Notes: generated by a model not told the origin, from the sequence alone. A stretch of DNA of 64,000 bases from Syntrophales bacterium (GCA_963662405.2 CAXXKT010000003.1:480001-544000); one strand, 5' to 3'. Shown: positions 49,050 to 61,576, counted from the first letter of the stretch. Numbers and translations are program-made.

Positions 49050-49972
49050 TTTGTTCCTCCTGACAAGAGGTAGAGAAGGGCCATTCTCACGGCGACGCCG
49101 TTGGTCACCTGTTCCAGGATAACGGAGTGGGGGCCATCGGCTATCTCCGAAGTGATCTCGACCCCCCGGTTGATCGGCCCCGGGTGCATGACGATCACAT
49201 CATCTTTCGCCTGTTTGAGGTTGCCTCGGTTCAGTGAGAACTGCTGTGCGTATTCGCGGAGGGAGGGGAAGAGATCCTCATGCTGCCGCTCGAGCTGCAT
49301 CCGGAGCATCATGATGACGTCCGCATCCTGCAGGGCATCGCTCATGGTGCGGTGAACGGTGACGCCCATCCGTTCGATGTCCCGTGGGATCATCATCGCG
49401 GGGCCGCATATCACCACCCGCGCCCCCATCGTGATCAGCCCATATATATTGGAACGAGCCACCCTGCTGTGGGCGATATCGCCGATGATGGCGACGGTAA
49501 GGCCTTCGATCCGTCCCTTCTTTTCCCGTATCGTGAGCATATCGAGGAGGGCCTGGGTGGGGTGCTCGTGCGCCCCGTCTCCCGCGTTGATAATCGACTG
49601 TTTCTTCAGGAGATCGGCGAGAATCTGTGCCGCTCCGGCGGCGCTGTGTCGAATGACGATGGTATCCGGATTCATCGATTCCAAGTTACGGGCGGTGTCG
49701 ATCAGTGTCTCCCCTTTGACGACGCTGCTGGTGGATGCGGAGATGTTGATGGTGTCCGCGCTGAGTCTCTTTGCAGCGATTTCAAAGGATGTTCGTGTCC
49801 GGGTACTCGCCTCGAAGAAGAGGGTGATGACCGTTTTCCCCCTGAGGGTGGGGACCTTCTTGATCGTCCTGTCGGAGATCTCCTTGAAGGACGCAGCGGT
49901 GTCGAGGATGAGATCGATTTCCCCCCGGGAGAGATCCTGTATCCCCAACATGTCTTTTCTCGATAATTTCAT
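49046..49972 (-). CDS. pyrB: Aspartate carbamoyltransferase catalytic subunit
   Basis: [35 protein letters not shown]. Confidence 0.97.
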   Translation of the reverse strand: MKLSRKDMLGIQDLSRGEIDLILDTAASFKEISDRTIKKVPTLRGKTVITLFFEASTRTRTSFEIAAKRLSADTINISASTSSVVKGETLIDTARNLESMNPDTIVIRHSAAGAAQILADLLKKQSIINAGDGAHEHPTQALLDMLTIREKKGRIEGLTVAIIGDIAHSRVARSNIYGLITMGARVVICGPAMMIPRDIERMGVTVHRTMSDALQDADVIMMLRMQLERQHEDLFPSLREYAQQFSLNRGNLKQAKDDVIVMHPGPINRGVEITSEIADGPHSVILEQVTNGVAVRMALLYLLSGGTK

Positions 49973-50054
49973 GATATCTTCCACTCTCCGGTCGGACAGA
50001 TGGCTCTCGATCCTTCAGCTGTCCGTTCCCCTGAATCCCCGCAGGTACGGTTTG

Positions 50055-50591
50055 CTACCCCTCTTCGATAACGACCTCGTCCATGTTCCTGTCATCGGTC
50101 AGATTGACGCTGACGCTTTCCCACAGGGCTGACGGGAGGGTTTCTCCTATGAAATCGGCCCTGATCGGAAACTCCCGGTGTCCCCTGTCGATGAGAACGG
50201 CCAGTTGGATACGCTCGGGTCTTCCGAAGTCCATCAGCGCGTCCATGGCGGCCCGTATCGTCCTTCCGGTAAAGAGGACATCGTCCACCAGGACGACTTG
50301 CTTGTGATCAAGGGGGAAGGGAATATACGTGTTCTCGATCGGCGGTCTCCTCCCCGTGGTCAGCACATCATCCCGGTAGAGGGTTATGTCGAGAGTCCCC
50401 GACAGGACCTCGGTTCCTTCGATGGTGGAGATCTTTTTACGGAGTCTTTCCGCCAAGAGGACGCCTCCCTTCCGGATGCCGATAATGATCAGATTCGCCG
50501 TCCCCTTGTTTCGTTCCAGGATCTCGTGGGCGATTCTCGTAAGGGACCGCTCTATGCCCTCCGCGTCCATTACGACCTTCTTCTGTTCCAT
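50055..50591 (-). CDS. pyrR: PyrR attenuation regulator / uracil phosphoribosyltransferase
   Basis: LDITLYRDD, LVDDVLFTGRTIRAAMDAL, DRGHREFPIRAD. Confidence 0.96.
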   Translation of the reverse strand: MEQKKVVMDAEGIERSLTRIAHEILERNKGTANLIIIGIRKGGVLLAERLRKKISTIEGTEVLSGTLDITLYRDDVLTTGRRPPIENTYIPFPLDHKQVVLVDDVLFTGRTIRAAMDALMDFGRPERIQLAVLIDRGHREFPIRADFIGETLPSALWESVSVNLTDDRNMDEVVIEEG

Positions 50592-50641
50592 GTGCGTGTT
50601 CCTTCCGTCAATCCAGGAGAACGGCCCCAGGCACGTTCCTC

Positions 50642-50720
50642 AAAAAAAAGGCCTTCCCATGACTATGAGAAGGCCCTGTGGCACCTTTTTGCGCTGACGT
50701 CTCGAAAATCATTGAAAGCC
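50642..50720 (-). promoter_or_regulatory. pyr leader attenuator (candidate PyrR-binding loop plus terminator)
   Basis: Minus strand CTTTCAA-TGA-TTTTCGAGACG-TCA..AAAAGG, then GGCCTTCTCAT-AGTC-ATGGGAAGGCC-T8 upstream of pyrR. Confidence 0.7.
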
Positions 50721-50783
50721 CTTGTTTTATAAACCTATTTAGGTACGAAACATACCAGTTCTTCTGCTTTGTGTCAAGGGGTT

Positions 50784-51431
50784 TTAACGGAGGAGACTCC
50801 CCATCCTGCTCCACCTGACGTCATGGTCCTCCTTATTCCAGGACCAGTATATGATGAAGGCCTTTCCCAAGACGTCTTCCAGATTTACGAATCCCCAGAA
50901 TCGGCTGTCGTAACTCTGATCCCGGTTGTCTCCCATAACGAACAGGCGCCCCTCCGGGACCGTGACGGGGCCGAAATTGTCTCGTGGTTGCATTGATGCC
51001 GGGAATACCAGGCTGTCGGTATAGACACCATGGCCGTCATCGTAGAGGGATCCGTTCAGATATATCTTTTTGTCTCTGATCGCGATCGTATCCCCCGCAA
51101 TGCCGACCACCCGTTTTATAAAATCCTTCTTCCTGTCCACCGGGTATATGAAGACGACGATGTCACCCCTCTGGGGATCACCGATGGGCATCAGTGTCTT
51201 GCGGATGAAGGGGATTTTGATCCCGTAGGTAAATTTATTGACAAGGAGATGATCCCCTATCAGGAGGGTTGGCTTCATCGAGCCGGAGGGTATCTTGAAT
51301 GCCTGAACGACAAAGGTCCTGATAAAGAGGGCTATCAGTATCGCTATGATGATCGCTTCCGCATATTCCCTGATTGCGCTTTTCCTGTTCGTGCCCATAT
51401 CGTTTCCCGGTTTCTTGTGCGTCCGTTTCAT
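50784..51431 (-). CDS. lepB: Signal peptidase I
   Basis: FKIPSGSMKPTL, FIKRVVG, GDNRDQSYDSRFWG. Confidence 0.96.
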   Translation of the reverse strand: MKRTHKKPGNDMGTNRKSAIREYAEAIIIAILIALFIRTFVVQAFKIPSGSMKPTLLIGDHLLVNKFTYGIKIPFIRKTLMPIGDPQRGDIVVFIYPVDRKKDFIKRVVGIAGDTIAIRDKKIYLNGSLYDDGHGVYTDSLVFPASMQPRDNFGPVTVPEGRLFVMGDNRDQSYDSRFWGFVNLEDVLGKAFIIYWSWNKEDHDVRWSRMGSLLR

Positions 51432-51437
51432 ATCTTC

Positions 51438-51950
51438 TCAGAAATAGAGCGCCGACATCGTGATTACGATCATGACGATCGCCAGAGAGCCCTTGACCAG
51501 TACGCCAGCAATCTTCCCCATCAGAGCCCCATACCCCGCCCTGAATGACGGTTTCAGCTTTCGCTCTTCGAAATATTCTCCCAGAAAGGCCCCGACAAAG
51601 CCTCCGAGAAAGACACCTATGACGGCACCCAGTCCCATGAGAAGGGGGACCATTAAGATGGCCCCGATGATCCCCCCTATGATGGAGAGGACGATCCCGG
51701 TCTTTGAAGAGCCATACTTTCGGACCCCGGCGATTCCCATCAGAAAATCAACCACCTCCGCCAGGAGGGAAAGAACGACAAGGGTGACAATAATCTTCCA
51801 GCCGATCTTCTCGAACCCGGTAATCAGGGCGTAGGCAACAACATCCCCCAGGATCAGAAAGGTTCCCGGGAAGCCGAATATGATGGAGAAGACGCCAATG
51901 AACAGTATGATAACAAATATCGTCAGCCCGGTTGCTTCCAGGAGAGGCAC
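51438..51950 (-). CDS. DUF456-family membrane protein
   Basis: Very hydrophobic; PGTFLI, KYGSSK.G..IGGIIG, GAFLGEY. Confidence 0.75.
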   Translation of the reverse strand: MPLLEATGLTIFVIILFIGVFSIIFGFPGTFLILGDVVAYALITGFEKIGWKIIVTLVVLSLLAEVVDFLMGIAGVRKYGSSKTGIVLSIIGGIIGAILMVPLLMGLGAVIGVFLGGFVGAFLGEYFEERKLKPSFRAGYGALMGKIAGVLVKGSLAIVMIVITMSALYF

Positions 51951-51954
51951 CGTA

Positions 51955-52872
51955 TCATTTCCTCTTTTCCTTTGAAGGCCAGATGGATTCCCAGGCCAGG
52001 ACCGTGGGACTGGCTACGAATACGGAGGAATAGGTACCGACGACCACTCCCACCAGGAGGGCGAAGGCAAAGTCATGGATCACCGCACCACCCAGGAAAT
52101 ACAGGGCAAGGACGACCAGGAGTGTCGTAGCCGATGTCAAGACCGTCCTGCTCAGCACCTGATTGATGCTCGTATTGACGAGGTCTCGCAGGGGCTGTTT
52201 CCGTTCCGCTTTGATATTTTCCCGTATACGATCATATACGACGATGGTGTCGTTGAGGGAGTAACCGATGATCGTCAGCAGGGCGGCGATAATCGGGAGC
52301 GTGAATTCTTTCCCCAAGAGGGAAAAGATCCCAACGGTAATGACGACGTCGTGGATCAGGGCGGCGATTGCACCGACGGCGTAGCGGAGCTCGAATCGCC
52401 AGGTGACGTAGATCAGGATACCGATCACTGCGTACAGCATCGCGAGCATTCCCTTTTCTCTCAAGTCCTTTCCCACTTTTGGTCCTACGACCTCAACCCT
52501 TCGAATCTCGGTGTTTTCCTTGCCGTATCTTGTCCCCAGCGCCTCGGCTATCTTGTCCGATAACCCCTCGAGTTCTGAACTGGATCGCTCCGTCTTGATC
52601 AGAAACTCGTTGTTGGCGCGGTACCCGAACCGCTGGATGATGCTGTTTCCGAGGCCGATGGCCGCGAGGGAATCCCGGATCCCCTCGGCGGTTGCTTCCT
52701 GGGAAAATTTGACCTGCACCTGTGTCCCTCCGGCGAAATCGATACCCAGGTTGGGTCCGCCATGCAGCAGTAAAGACAAGATGCTGATGATGATCACAAT
52801 GAGCGATCCTCCTATTGCCACCTTCATCTTTCCGACAAGATCAATATTGATTCCGGGCCGTATTATTTCCAT
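51955..52872 (-). CDS. secF: Protein translocase subunit SecF
   Basis: GIDFAGG, VGPKVG, HDV, GYSLNDTIVVYDRIRE. Confidence 0.97.
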   Translation of the reverse strand: MEIIRPGINIDLVGKMKVAIGGSLIVIIISILSLLLHGGPNLGIDFAGGTQVQVKFSQEATAEGIRDSLAAIGLGNSIIQRFGYRANNEFLIKTERSSSELEGLSDKIAEALGTRYGKENTEIRRVEVVGPKVGKDLREKGMLAMLYAVIGILIYVTWRFELRYAVGAIAALIHDVVITVGIFSLLGKEFTLPIIAALLTIIGYSLNDTIVVYDRIRENIKAERKQPLRDLVNTSINQVLSRTVLTSATTLLVVLALYFLGGAVIHDFAFALLVGVVVGTYSSVFVASPTVLAWESIWPSKEKRK

Positions 52873-52909
52873 TCCTATCTCCGTTCCAGTCAGGATTATG
52901 GTTCTGTAA

Positions 52910-54508
52910 TTATATCTTTATCCTCTTGATATTTCTATCCCACACAAAATAGTCGTAGATGGTCCTCGTTACAAAAATAGCGGTGAACATGCTGCATACG
53001 ATACCGATGCTGAGGGTCACCGCAAACCCCTTGACCGGACCCGTCCCGAACTGGAAGAGCACCAAAGCGGCGATCAGTGTGGTCACATTGGCATCGACAA
53101 TGGTGCTCAGGGCCTTCGAATACCCTCCTGCTATCGATGCCCGGGGAGATTTCCCCAATCTCAGTTCTTCCCGGACCCGCTCGAATATAAGGACATTCGC
53201 ATCCACGGCCATACCGATGGTGAGGACGATGCCGGCGATTCCGGGGAGGGTGAGCGTTGCCCTGAATGCCGCAAGGGCTCCCATGATGAGGACTATATTC
53301 AGGAATAGCGCCACATCGGCGACGATTCCTGAAAGATTATAGTATACGACCATAAAGAGAATAACCAGGATGCTCCCCACGATGATAGAGAGAACTCCCT
53401 TGTCGATGGAGTCCTGACCGAGAGAGGGACCGACGGTCCTTTGCTCCAGGATCCTGACGGGGGCCGGCAGGGCGCCTGCCCTCAGAACGATGGCAAGGTC
53501 GTGTGCCTCCTCCATCGTGAATGATCCGGTAATCTGAGCATTACCCCCTGAGATTCGCTCCTGTATGACGGGTGCGGAGTGAACGATGCCGTCCAGAACG
53601 ATAGCCAGTCGCTTCTTGACATTTTGGGCCGTTATACGCTCGAAGTCGCGTGCGCCTTGAGAATCGAACTTCAGAGAGACATAGGGTTCGCCGAATCGGT
53701 TGCTGATAGTCACCTTGGCATCCTCCAAGGATTCACCCGTCAGGAGGGTCTTTCTCTTGAGGAGATACGGGGTCTTGATCCTTCGTCCCGTTTCCCTCTC
53801 CTCCTTATATCCGTAGGCAACTACGTCACCGGGGGGAACCTTTCCGCCCAGGGCATCATCCAAGCTGTGCTCCTCGTCCAGGAGTTTGAACTCGAGAAGC
53901 GCTGTTTTCCCGATCAGGTTGATTGCCCTTTGGGGATCCTTGATCCCGGGGAGCTGGATCAGAATCCGATCCTTTCCCTGAGGGATAATCTCCGGCTCGG
54001 AGACGCCGAACTCGTCCACCCGGTTCCGGATGGTCTCGAGGCTTTGCTCGAGGGCGAACTTTTCTATCGAATCGATCTGTTTGTCTTTCAGCTCCAGCCA
54101 GATTTTTTCTCTCCCCTCGGTGATCTGCGAAGACTTGATGGCAAGATTAGGGAAGGTATCCTTGAGGACCTTTTCGAATTGGATACGCGACTGACTGTCG
54201 GCCAGTTCGAGGGTCGTGAAGGTTCCCCCCTCACGGTCCAGATGCTTGAACCTGACGCGCTCCTCCATGAGCACCTCTTTCAGGTTGTTTGAGATTCGCT
54301 CCATGGCGCTCTCGATCGCCTTTTGGGTCTCTACCTCCAGGACCAAGTGCATTCCCCCCTGGAGATCGAGACCCAGGTGAATCTTGTCCGTGTTGTCCTT
54401 CCAGAGGGAGGGAAGCTTGTCCGTGATGGAGGGCATGAGAAAGAAGAGTGCGGATGCAACGACAACGAGCGTGACAATGGTCCGTGCCTTGATGTTTTTC
54501 CCTGACAT
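52910..54508 (-). CDS. secD: Protein translocase subunit SecD
   Basis: LGLDLQGG, RNRVDEFGVSEP, LRAGALPAP, GMAVDANVLIFER. Confidence 0.97.
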   Translation of the reverse strand: MSGKNIKARTIVTLVVVASALFFLMPSITDKLPSLWKDNTDKIHLGLDLQGGMHLVLEVETQKAIESAMERISNNLKEVLMEERVRFKHLDREGGTFTTLELADSQSRIQFEKVLKDTFPNLAIKSSQITEGREKIWLELKDKQIDSIEKFALEQSLETIRNRVDEFGVSEPEIIPQGKDRILIQLPGIKDPQRAINLIGKTALLEFKLLDEEHSLDDALGGKVPPGDVVAYGYKEERETGRRIKTPYLLKRKTLLTGESLEDAKVTISNRFGEPYVSLKFDSQGARDFERITAQNVKKRLAIVLDGIVHSAPVIQERISGGNAQITGSFTMEEAHDLAIVLRAGALPAPVRILEQRTVGPSLGQDSIDKGVLSIIVGSILVILFMVVYYNLSGIVADVALFLNIVLIMGALAAFRATLTLPGIAGIVLTIGMAVDANVLIFERVREELRLGKSPRASIAGGYSKALSTIVDANVTTLIAALVLFQFGTGPVKGFAVTLSIGIVCSMFTAIFVTRTIYDYFVWDRNIKRIKI

Positions 54509-54529
54509 GTGAGTTCCTTTCGCTCTTCC

Positions 54530-54853
54530 CTACGAAGTTGCCTTTTGCGTAACACCTGCAATGTGACTCCGGGAAACCTTGACCTTGATCTTGTCGGCGA
54601 CTTCCAGGGTTACAATTTGTTCGGTGATGGCGGAAATCTTCCCGTGCAGCCCGCCTGCGGTGACGACCATATCCCCATGAGCGAGGTTGTCGAGCATCGC
54701 TTTCGTCTCTTTCTGCTTCTTCTGTTGTGGTCTGATAAGAAGAAAATAGAAAATAGCGAAGATCGCGATCATGACAAAGATGAAGTTCATGTCGCCTCCG
54801 GCGGCTCCTCCTCCGCCTCCGCCTGCTCCCATCGCGTATGCTATACCGGTCAT
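54530..54853 (-). CDS. yajC: Preprotein translocase subunit YajC
   Basis: FYFLLIRPQQKKQK, GDMVVTAGGLHG. Confidence 0.95.
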   Translation of the reverse strand: MTGIAYAMGAGGGGGGAAGGDMNFIFVMIAIFAIFYFLLIRPQQKKQKETKAMLDNLAHGDMVVTAGGLHGKISAITEQIVTLEVADKIKVKVSRSHIAGVTQKATS

Positions 54854-54877
54854 TGTATTCGATCCTCCTTGCAGTTG

Positions 54878-57081
<2,204 letters not shown>

Positions 57082-57172
57082 GCCGAATCCGGGGAGATAA
57101 TCAGAAAGAACGGGGAAAGTCAATAGGGAATTGAAAGATGTAGCGCTTCGTTATTGCAAGAAATTTTTGATA

Positions 57173-57358
57173 TCAGTTTTTCCCGAGGTAGACGAGGACA
57201 AGACCGGCAATGACCGATGCCAGTCCTATCATCCTGAGTGCGCTCTCAGGGGTGTCGAGGACCTTCAGGAGATATGACTTGATCTTGTCGGGGAAGGCAA
57301 AATAGGGGAGGCCTTCTATGACCAGTACCATCCCGATGACACAGAGGAAAAACTTCAT
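57173..57358 (-). CDS. DUF2065 (YjeT-like) small membrane protein
   Basis: GMVLVIEGLPYFAFP..LRMIGL. Confidence 0.8.
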   Translation of the reverse strand: MKFFLCVIGMVLVIEGLPYFAFPDKIKSYLLKVLDTPESALRMIGLASVIAGLVLVYLGKN

Positions 57359-58167
57359 CGCGTGCTCTCCCTGTCCATTTCTGTTTCCTTTGCCGCTTCC
57401 CAAAGAGCGTCCATTTCTTCCATCGATGCGTCCTGGGGAAACACCCCCTTTTCTTTCAGCTTCTCCTCGATATAGGAGAATCGAGTGACGAATTTATCCA
57501 GTGAGGCGCGGAGGGCCTCTTCCGGGTCCGTCTCGACGAAACGGCACAGATTGACGAGCGAGAGGAACATATCACCGATTTCTCCCTGTATATGCTCCGC
57601 CTGTTTCTTCTCAATGGCTTCCTTCAGTTCTCCCAGTTCCTCTTCGATCTTCTCCACGACGCCGGCGGTTTCTTTCCAGTCGAAGCCTCTTCGTGCCGCC
57701 CGGTCGGCGATCTTGTGCGCCGCCCTGAGGAGGGGCATGGCACGCGGGACGGCATTGATCGGTGCGCTTTCGTTTTCCCCCCTGCCTCGCTCGCGATTCT
57801 TGATGCGCTCCCAGTTGGTACGGACCTCTTCGACCTCGATATCCCGTTGGTTTTTAAAGACGTGGGGATGGCGGAGGATCATTTTTTCCGATACGTCGTT
57901 CGCAACTGCCGAGAGGGTAAATTCCCCTGCTTCCTCCGCCATCTTCGCCAGAAAGACGATCTGGAAGAGGACATCGCCGAGTTCCTCCTTTATCCCCGCC
58001 GTGGAGCCACGATCTATTTCGTCAATCAGTTCGTAGACCTCATCAAGGAGGTATCTCCCTATATCCTCCCTTCGCTGCCGACGATCCCAAGGACACCCAT
58101 CCGGTCCCCGCAGCCGTTCAATGGCCTCCTCGATCAGCTGGATGCCGTTTCCCCTGAGTTCTTCCAA
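57355..58167 (-). CDS. mazG: Nucleoside triphosphate pyrophosphohydrolase MazG
   Basis: LRGPDGCPWD, EELGDVLFQ, RHPHVF, GFDW, EIGD. Confidence 0.93.
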   Translation of the reverse strand: MEELRGNGIQLIEEAIERLRGPDGCPWDRRQRREDIGRYLLDEVYELIDEIDRGSTAGIKEELGDVLFQIVFLAKMAEEAGEFTLSAVANDVSEKMILRHPHVFKNQRDIEVEEVRTNWERIKNRERGRGENESAPINAVPRAMPLLRAAHKIADRAARRGFDWKETAGVVEKIEEELGELKEAIEKKQAEHIQGEIGDMFLSLVNLCRFVETDPEEALRASLDKFVTRFSYIEEKLKEKGVFPQDASMEEMDALWEAAKETEMDRESTR

Positions 58168-58176
58168 TGGTTCTCC

Positions 58177-59487
58177 TTATCTTACCAGGAATACATCCCG
58201 GTCTCTGTCTTGAAAGTAACGGTAGTGATAGGTGTCTTTATCGGTTGCCTCGAAGAGTTCCTCTCCCCGTTTTCTGCATGCGGGGCACCCCTGGCCCGGG
58301 ACGATAACCGCGAAGATCCGGTTGCCCGTGCTTGCCTCGGAATCGATGGTGATGAGACCGCCGCACTCATCGCAGATACGCACCGTCTCTTCCTGGTGCT
58401 CGGTAATCATATCGGTGTCATAGAAGATGCTCCGGTCGCGATGCAGGACCTCTTTCCCCTTGACGAGGGCGGTCCTTCGGGATTCTCGGTTTTTCCACAG
58501 ATCGTAGATGGCGGTAATCTGCTGCTCGATATAGCGGCTTGTCTGCGGTGTCTGTCTCGTGGTGTCCGGGTCGTAGTCCGGTTCCCTGACCTGACTGTAG
58601 TCGATCCCGGCCATGGCGAGGATGATCCCCACGTTGACATAGGGCAGGGCGCTTTCTATGGAGTAGCCCCCCTCGAGGACGGCGATGTCGGGGGAGAGCC
58701 GGTCGTTCAGGATCGCATATCCCTGAGCGGAAAATGACATATTGGTAATCGGATCGCTGTAGTGATTGTCTTGCCCCGCCGAATTGATGACCAGGTCCGG
58801 CTTGAATTCGTCCAGTATGGGGAGGATCAGGTTATCCAGGGTGAAGAGGAAGCCCTCGTCCGATGTGTTCGGAGGGAGCGGTACGTTAATGGTGGTGCCG
58901 AGGGCATTCGGTCCCCCGAATTCGTCCGTGAACCCTGAACCCGGGTAGAGTGTTCTCCCGTCCTGGTGGATCGATATGAAGAGGGTGTCGGGGTCATGCC
59001 AGAAGATGTCCTGGGATCCGTCGCCGTGGTGACAGTCGGTATCAACGATGGCGATCCTTTTGGGGCCGTACCGGCGGCGGATGTATTCGATCATGATCGC
59101 TTCGATGTTGATGTTGCAGAACCCCCTGGCACCGTGGACGACCCGCATGGCGTGGTGCCCGGGAGGGCGCACCAGCGCGAAGGCGTTATCGACTTCTTTC
59201 CGCATTACCTTCTCGGCGGCCGTAATTGCTCCACCGGCCGAAATCAGGTGCGATTGGGTGATGACGCTCGGGGCGTCCGGGACACAGATATGGATGCGGT
59301 TGATGTCCTCGACGGTGGCAAGCCCCGGTTTGAATTCAATGATATTCTCCAGGTCCAAGAGCCCCTCCTCGACGACTTGATCCTGCGTGTAGAGGAGCCG
59401 TTCCTCTCGTTCAGGGTGAGTCGCCGATATCGCCCAGTCGAAGGCGGGGAAAAATACCAGGCCGGTTTTTTTTCTGTTATCTGCCAT
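58177..59487 (-). CDS. Histone deacetylase-family protein with Cys-rich C-terminal extension
   Basis: HPE, RPPGHHA, GFC, DTDCHHGDG, SIHQ, SAGQD, LEGGY; C-terminal CDEC..CPAC. Confidence 0.9.
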   Translation of the reverse strand: MADNRKKTGLVFFPAFDWAISATHPEREERLLYTQDQVVEEGLLDLENIIEFKPGLATVEDINRIHICVPDAPSVITQSHLISAGGAITAAEKVMRKEVDNAFALVRPPGHHAMRVVHGARGFCNINIEAIMIEYIRRRYGPKRIAIVDTDCHHGDGSQDIFWHDPDTLFISIHQDGRTLYPGSGFTDEFGGPNALGTTINVPLPPNTSDEGFLFTLDNLILPILDEFKPDLVINSAGQDNHYSDPITNMSFSAQGYAILNDRLSPDIAVLEGGYSIESALPYVNVGIILAMAGIDYSQVREPDYDPDTTRQTPQTSRYIEQQITAIYDLWKNRESRRTALVKGKEVLHRDRSIFYDTDMITEHQEETVRICDECGGLITIDSEASTGNRIFAVIVPGQGCPACRKRGEELFEATDKDTYHYRYFQDRDRDVFLVR

Positions 59488-61159
59488 CGGATACCTCCTG
59501 TCTGAACCCCGCAATAAGTCCCGGTTTCACCTGGGCCTTGATCCGTATGTTCTTCCCGGTCGTGGATCCCATCCCCCTGACCATGTTGAAGACCTGGTCT
59601 TCGATGATCTCCATCTCGAGGTCGTCTTCTGCGGCTCCCATCCTGAGTGCCCTTGTTCGGAGGGTAGTATCGCACAGATCGATCGCCTCCTGGTGACTGA
59701 AGGTGCGGGGGATGTCGTTTTGTATTCCCTCCTCAGGGATGATCACCTCGCCCCTTTCCGTGTCGGCCAGGAGGGTTACCTCGGTCGTTACCCGGGCGAG
59801 GGCGGCTCCGATTGCGTTGGCGACCTCGGCGTGTACGGGGACACGGGCAGGAATGCCGAATAATTCTTCCAGGTGTGGCGCCATCGGTCCGGCGGGTCCT
59901 CCGACGACATAGACTACCGAGGGGGTGATCCGCTTTCCCTCAAATATCTCATGAACGGTATAGACCGGTTTGTTATTGATTTCTTCGAGCATCTCCCGAA
60001 CTGCGGAGGAGATCATATGGCAGGTCAGGTCGAATATCTCCTGAGCTGTGCTCTCAACGGCACCTCCCCGGAGTTCGGCTATCTTCCGGATGGCCTCGCT
60101 CGCCTGCTCCCGATTTCCGATCTCCGTGAGGCCGAGGACGATCATGGCGTCCGTCGGTGTTGGGGACGGACCGCCGAAGGCTGCCGCCGGTCCGTCGCGT
60201 TCGGGGCCGATGGTAAGCACGCCATCGCCATACCCGACCCTGCTGTCTCCGCCCACCCCGATGGAATGGGTCAGAAGCCCCCGGATGAGCGTTTTGTGCC
60301 CCCCGATAGTCACCCCCAAAGGTTCAAGGAGAGGAACGCCGTCGGCGAGGATTGCTATGTCCGTGGTCGTTCCACCGATATCAAGGGCCACGGCATCCTC
60401 TTTGCCGTCTGTTAGGCTCAGGATTCCCATGATACTGGCGGCGGGCCCGGAGAGGATCGAACCAACGGGATAACCCGTGGACTGGCTGATTCTGGAGGTG
60501 CCTCCGTCCGCTTTCAGGATGTAGACGGGGGCGGTGACGTGCATATGGTTCACGAAGTCAGTCACGTTAGTGCCGAAGGCGTTGTAGGTGTCCCATATTG
60601 CGGCATTGAGATAGGTGGTTGCAATTCGCCGGGGGAAATTGAGGTTTCCCGACATGCGGTGCCCAAAAGACAGGTGCCTGAACCTGTCGCCCAGCATATT
60701 GCCGATGCCGGTCTCCAGGGCGGGATTTCGCGTGGAAAATTTTCCGACGATCCCCACGTGTTCGATGTGTTCCTTTTCAAAGATATCGACGATGCAGGCA
60801 ATCTCGCCATGGTCCGTTCCGGCGATCTCGATCCCCCGGTGGTTGACATAGCCGGAACTAAAATGGGTGTCTTCGCCGATCCTGAGCAATGCGGGGGAAA
60901 GACCGGGACCTCCCGCCAGGATCATTCCGACCCGGCTGGTCTTCCCCTGTACGATGGCATTGGTCGATATCGTCGTGCTGAGGACGATTCGGTCGATTGA
61001 GGCGGGATCCTCACCACCGAAGAGTTCTTTCGTCACGGCGATGAGCGATTCTATCAGGTTTCCCTGGTTTGTGGCGACTTTCGCTTTTTTCCTGATACGG
61101 AGTGCGTCCAGCAGGACCGCATCGGTGTGTGTTCCCCCAACATCAATCCCTATGATCAT
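59477..61159 (-). CDS. Hydantoinase A / oxoprolinase family protein
   Basis: GIDVGGTHTD, LSGPAAS, DIGGTTTD, PTPTDA, ANAIGAA. Confidence 0.88.
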   Translation of the reverse strand: MIIGIDVGGTHTDAVLLDALRIRKKAKVATNQGNLIESLIAVTKELFGGEDPASIDRIVLSTTISTNAIVQGKTSRVGMILAGGPGLSPALLRIGEDTHFSSGYVNHRGIEIAGTDHGEIACIVDIFEKEHIEHVGIVGKFSTRNPALETGIGNMLGDRFRHLSFGHRMSGNLNFPRRIATTYLNAAIWDTYNAFGTNVTDFVNHMHVTAPVYILKADGGTSRISQSTGYPVGSILSGPAASIMGILSLTDGKEDAVALDIGGTTTDIAILADGVPLLEPLGVTIGGHKTLIRGLLTHSIGVGGDSRVGYGDGVLTIGPERDGPAAAFGGPSPTPTDAMIVLGLTEIGNREQASEAIRKIAELRGGAVESTAQEIFDLTCHMISSAVREMLEEINNKPVYTVHEIFEGKRITPSVVYVVGGPAGPMAPHLEELFGIPARVPVHAEVANAIGAALARVTTEVTLLADTERGEVIIPEEGIQNDIPRTFSHQEAIDLCDTTLRTRALRMGAAEDDLEMEIIEDQVFNMVRGMGSTTGKNIRIKAQVKPGLIAGFRQEVSDGR

Positions 61160-61483
61160 AGCCTCTCCCCGTACCCTGATTTATCAAAAATGCCTATCAC
61201 AGGGCGCTATCCCCAGTCAATTTATCATTTGCCGCCGTTGCCTCGGGAGGGGAACGGCGACATGTGTGGCGGCGTTCGATCCGTGATTACATAATCGTAA
61301 TTTAGATTACACGATTTCACGTAATCTCCTCCATGCGGCGAGGGAGCTGTCTTTATCCCGCCGGTTTTCAGGGGTAGGGACCGAGACATCCTGCAATCAT
61401 AAATGCATGAGATAAGAGAACATATTCTGCCAGATTTTTTGCTTTTTCCTGGTGAACCCCATGCAGCTGCTCTTCGGTCCCCC

Positions 61484-61498
61484 TGGCCTGTTTCTTGC
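61484..61498 (+). promoter_or_regulatory. Sigma-54 (-24/-12) promoter
   Basis: TGGCCTGTTTCTTGC matches TGGCACG-N4-TTGC with correct spacing, about 80 nt upstream of the PEP-CTERM ATG. Confidence 0.7.
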
Positions 61499-61576
61499 CC
61501 CTACAAACTATGGGTGCTGGCGTCCGGAGTACTGATCCGGTCGATTCTATCGATATCCGGCTTGGAGGAAAGAACA

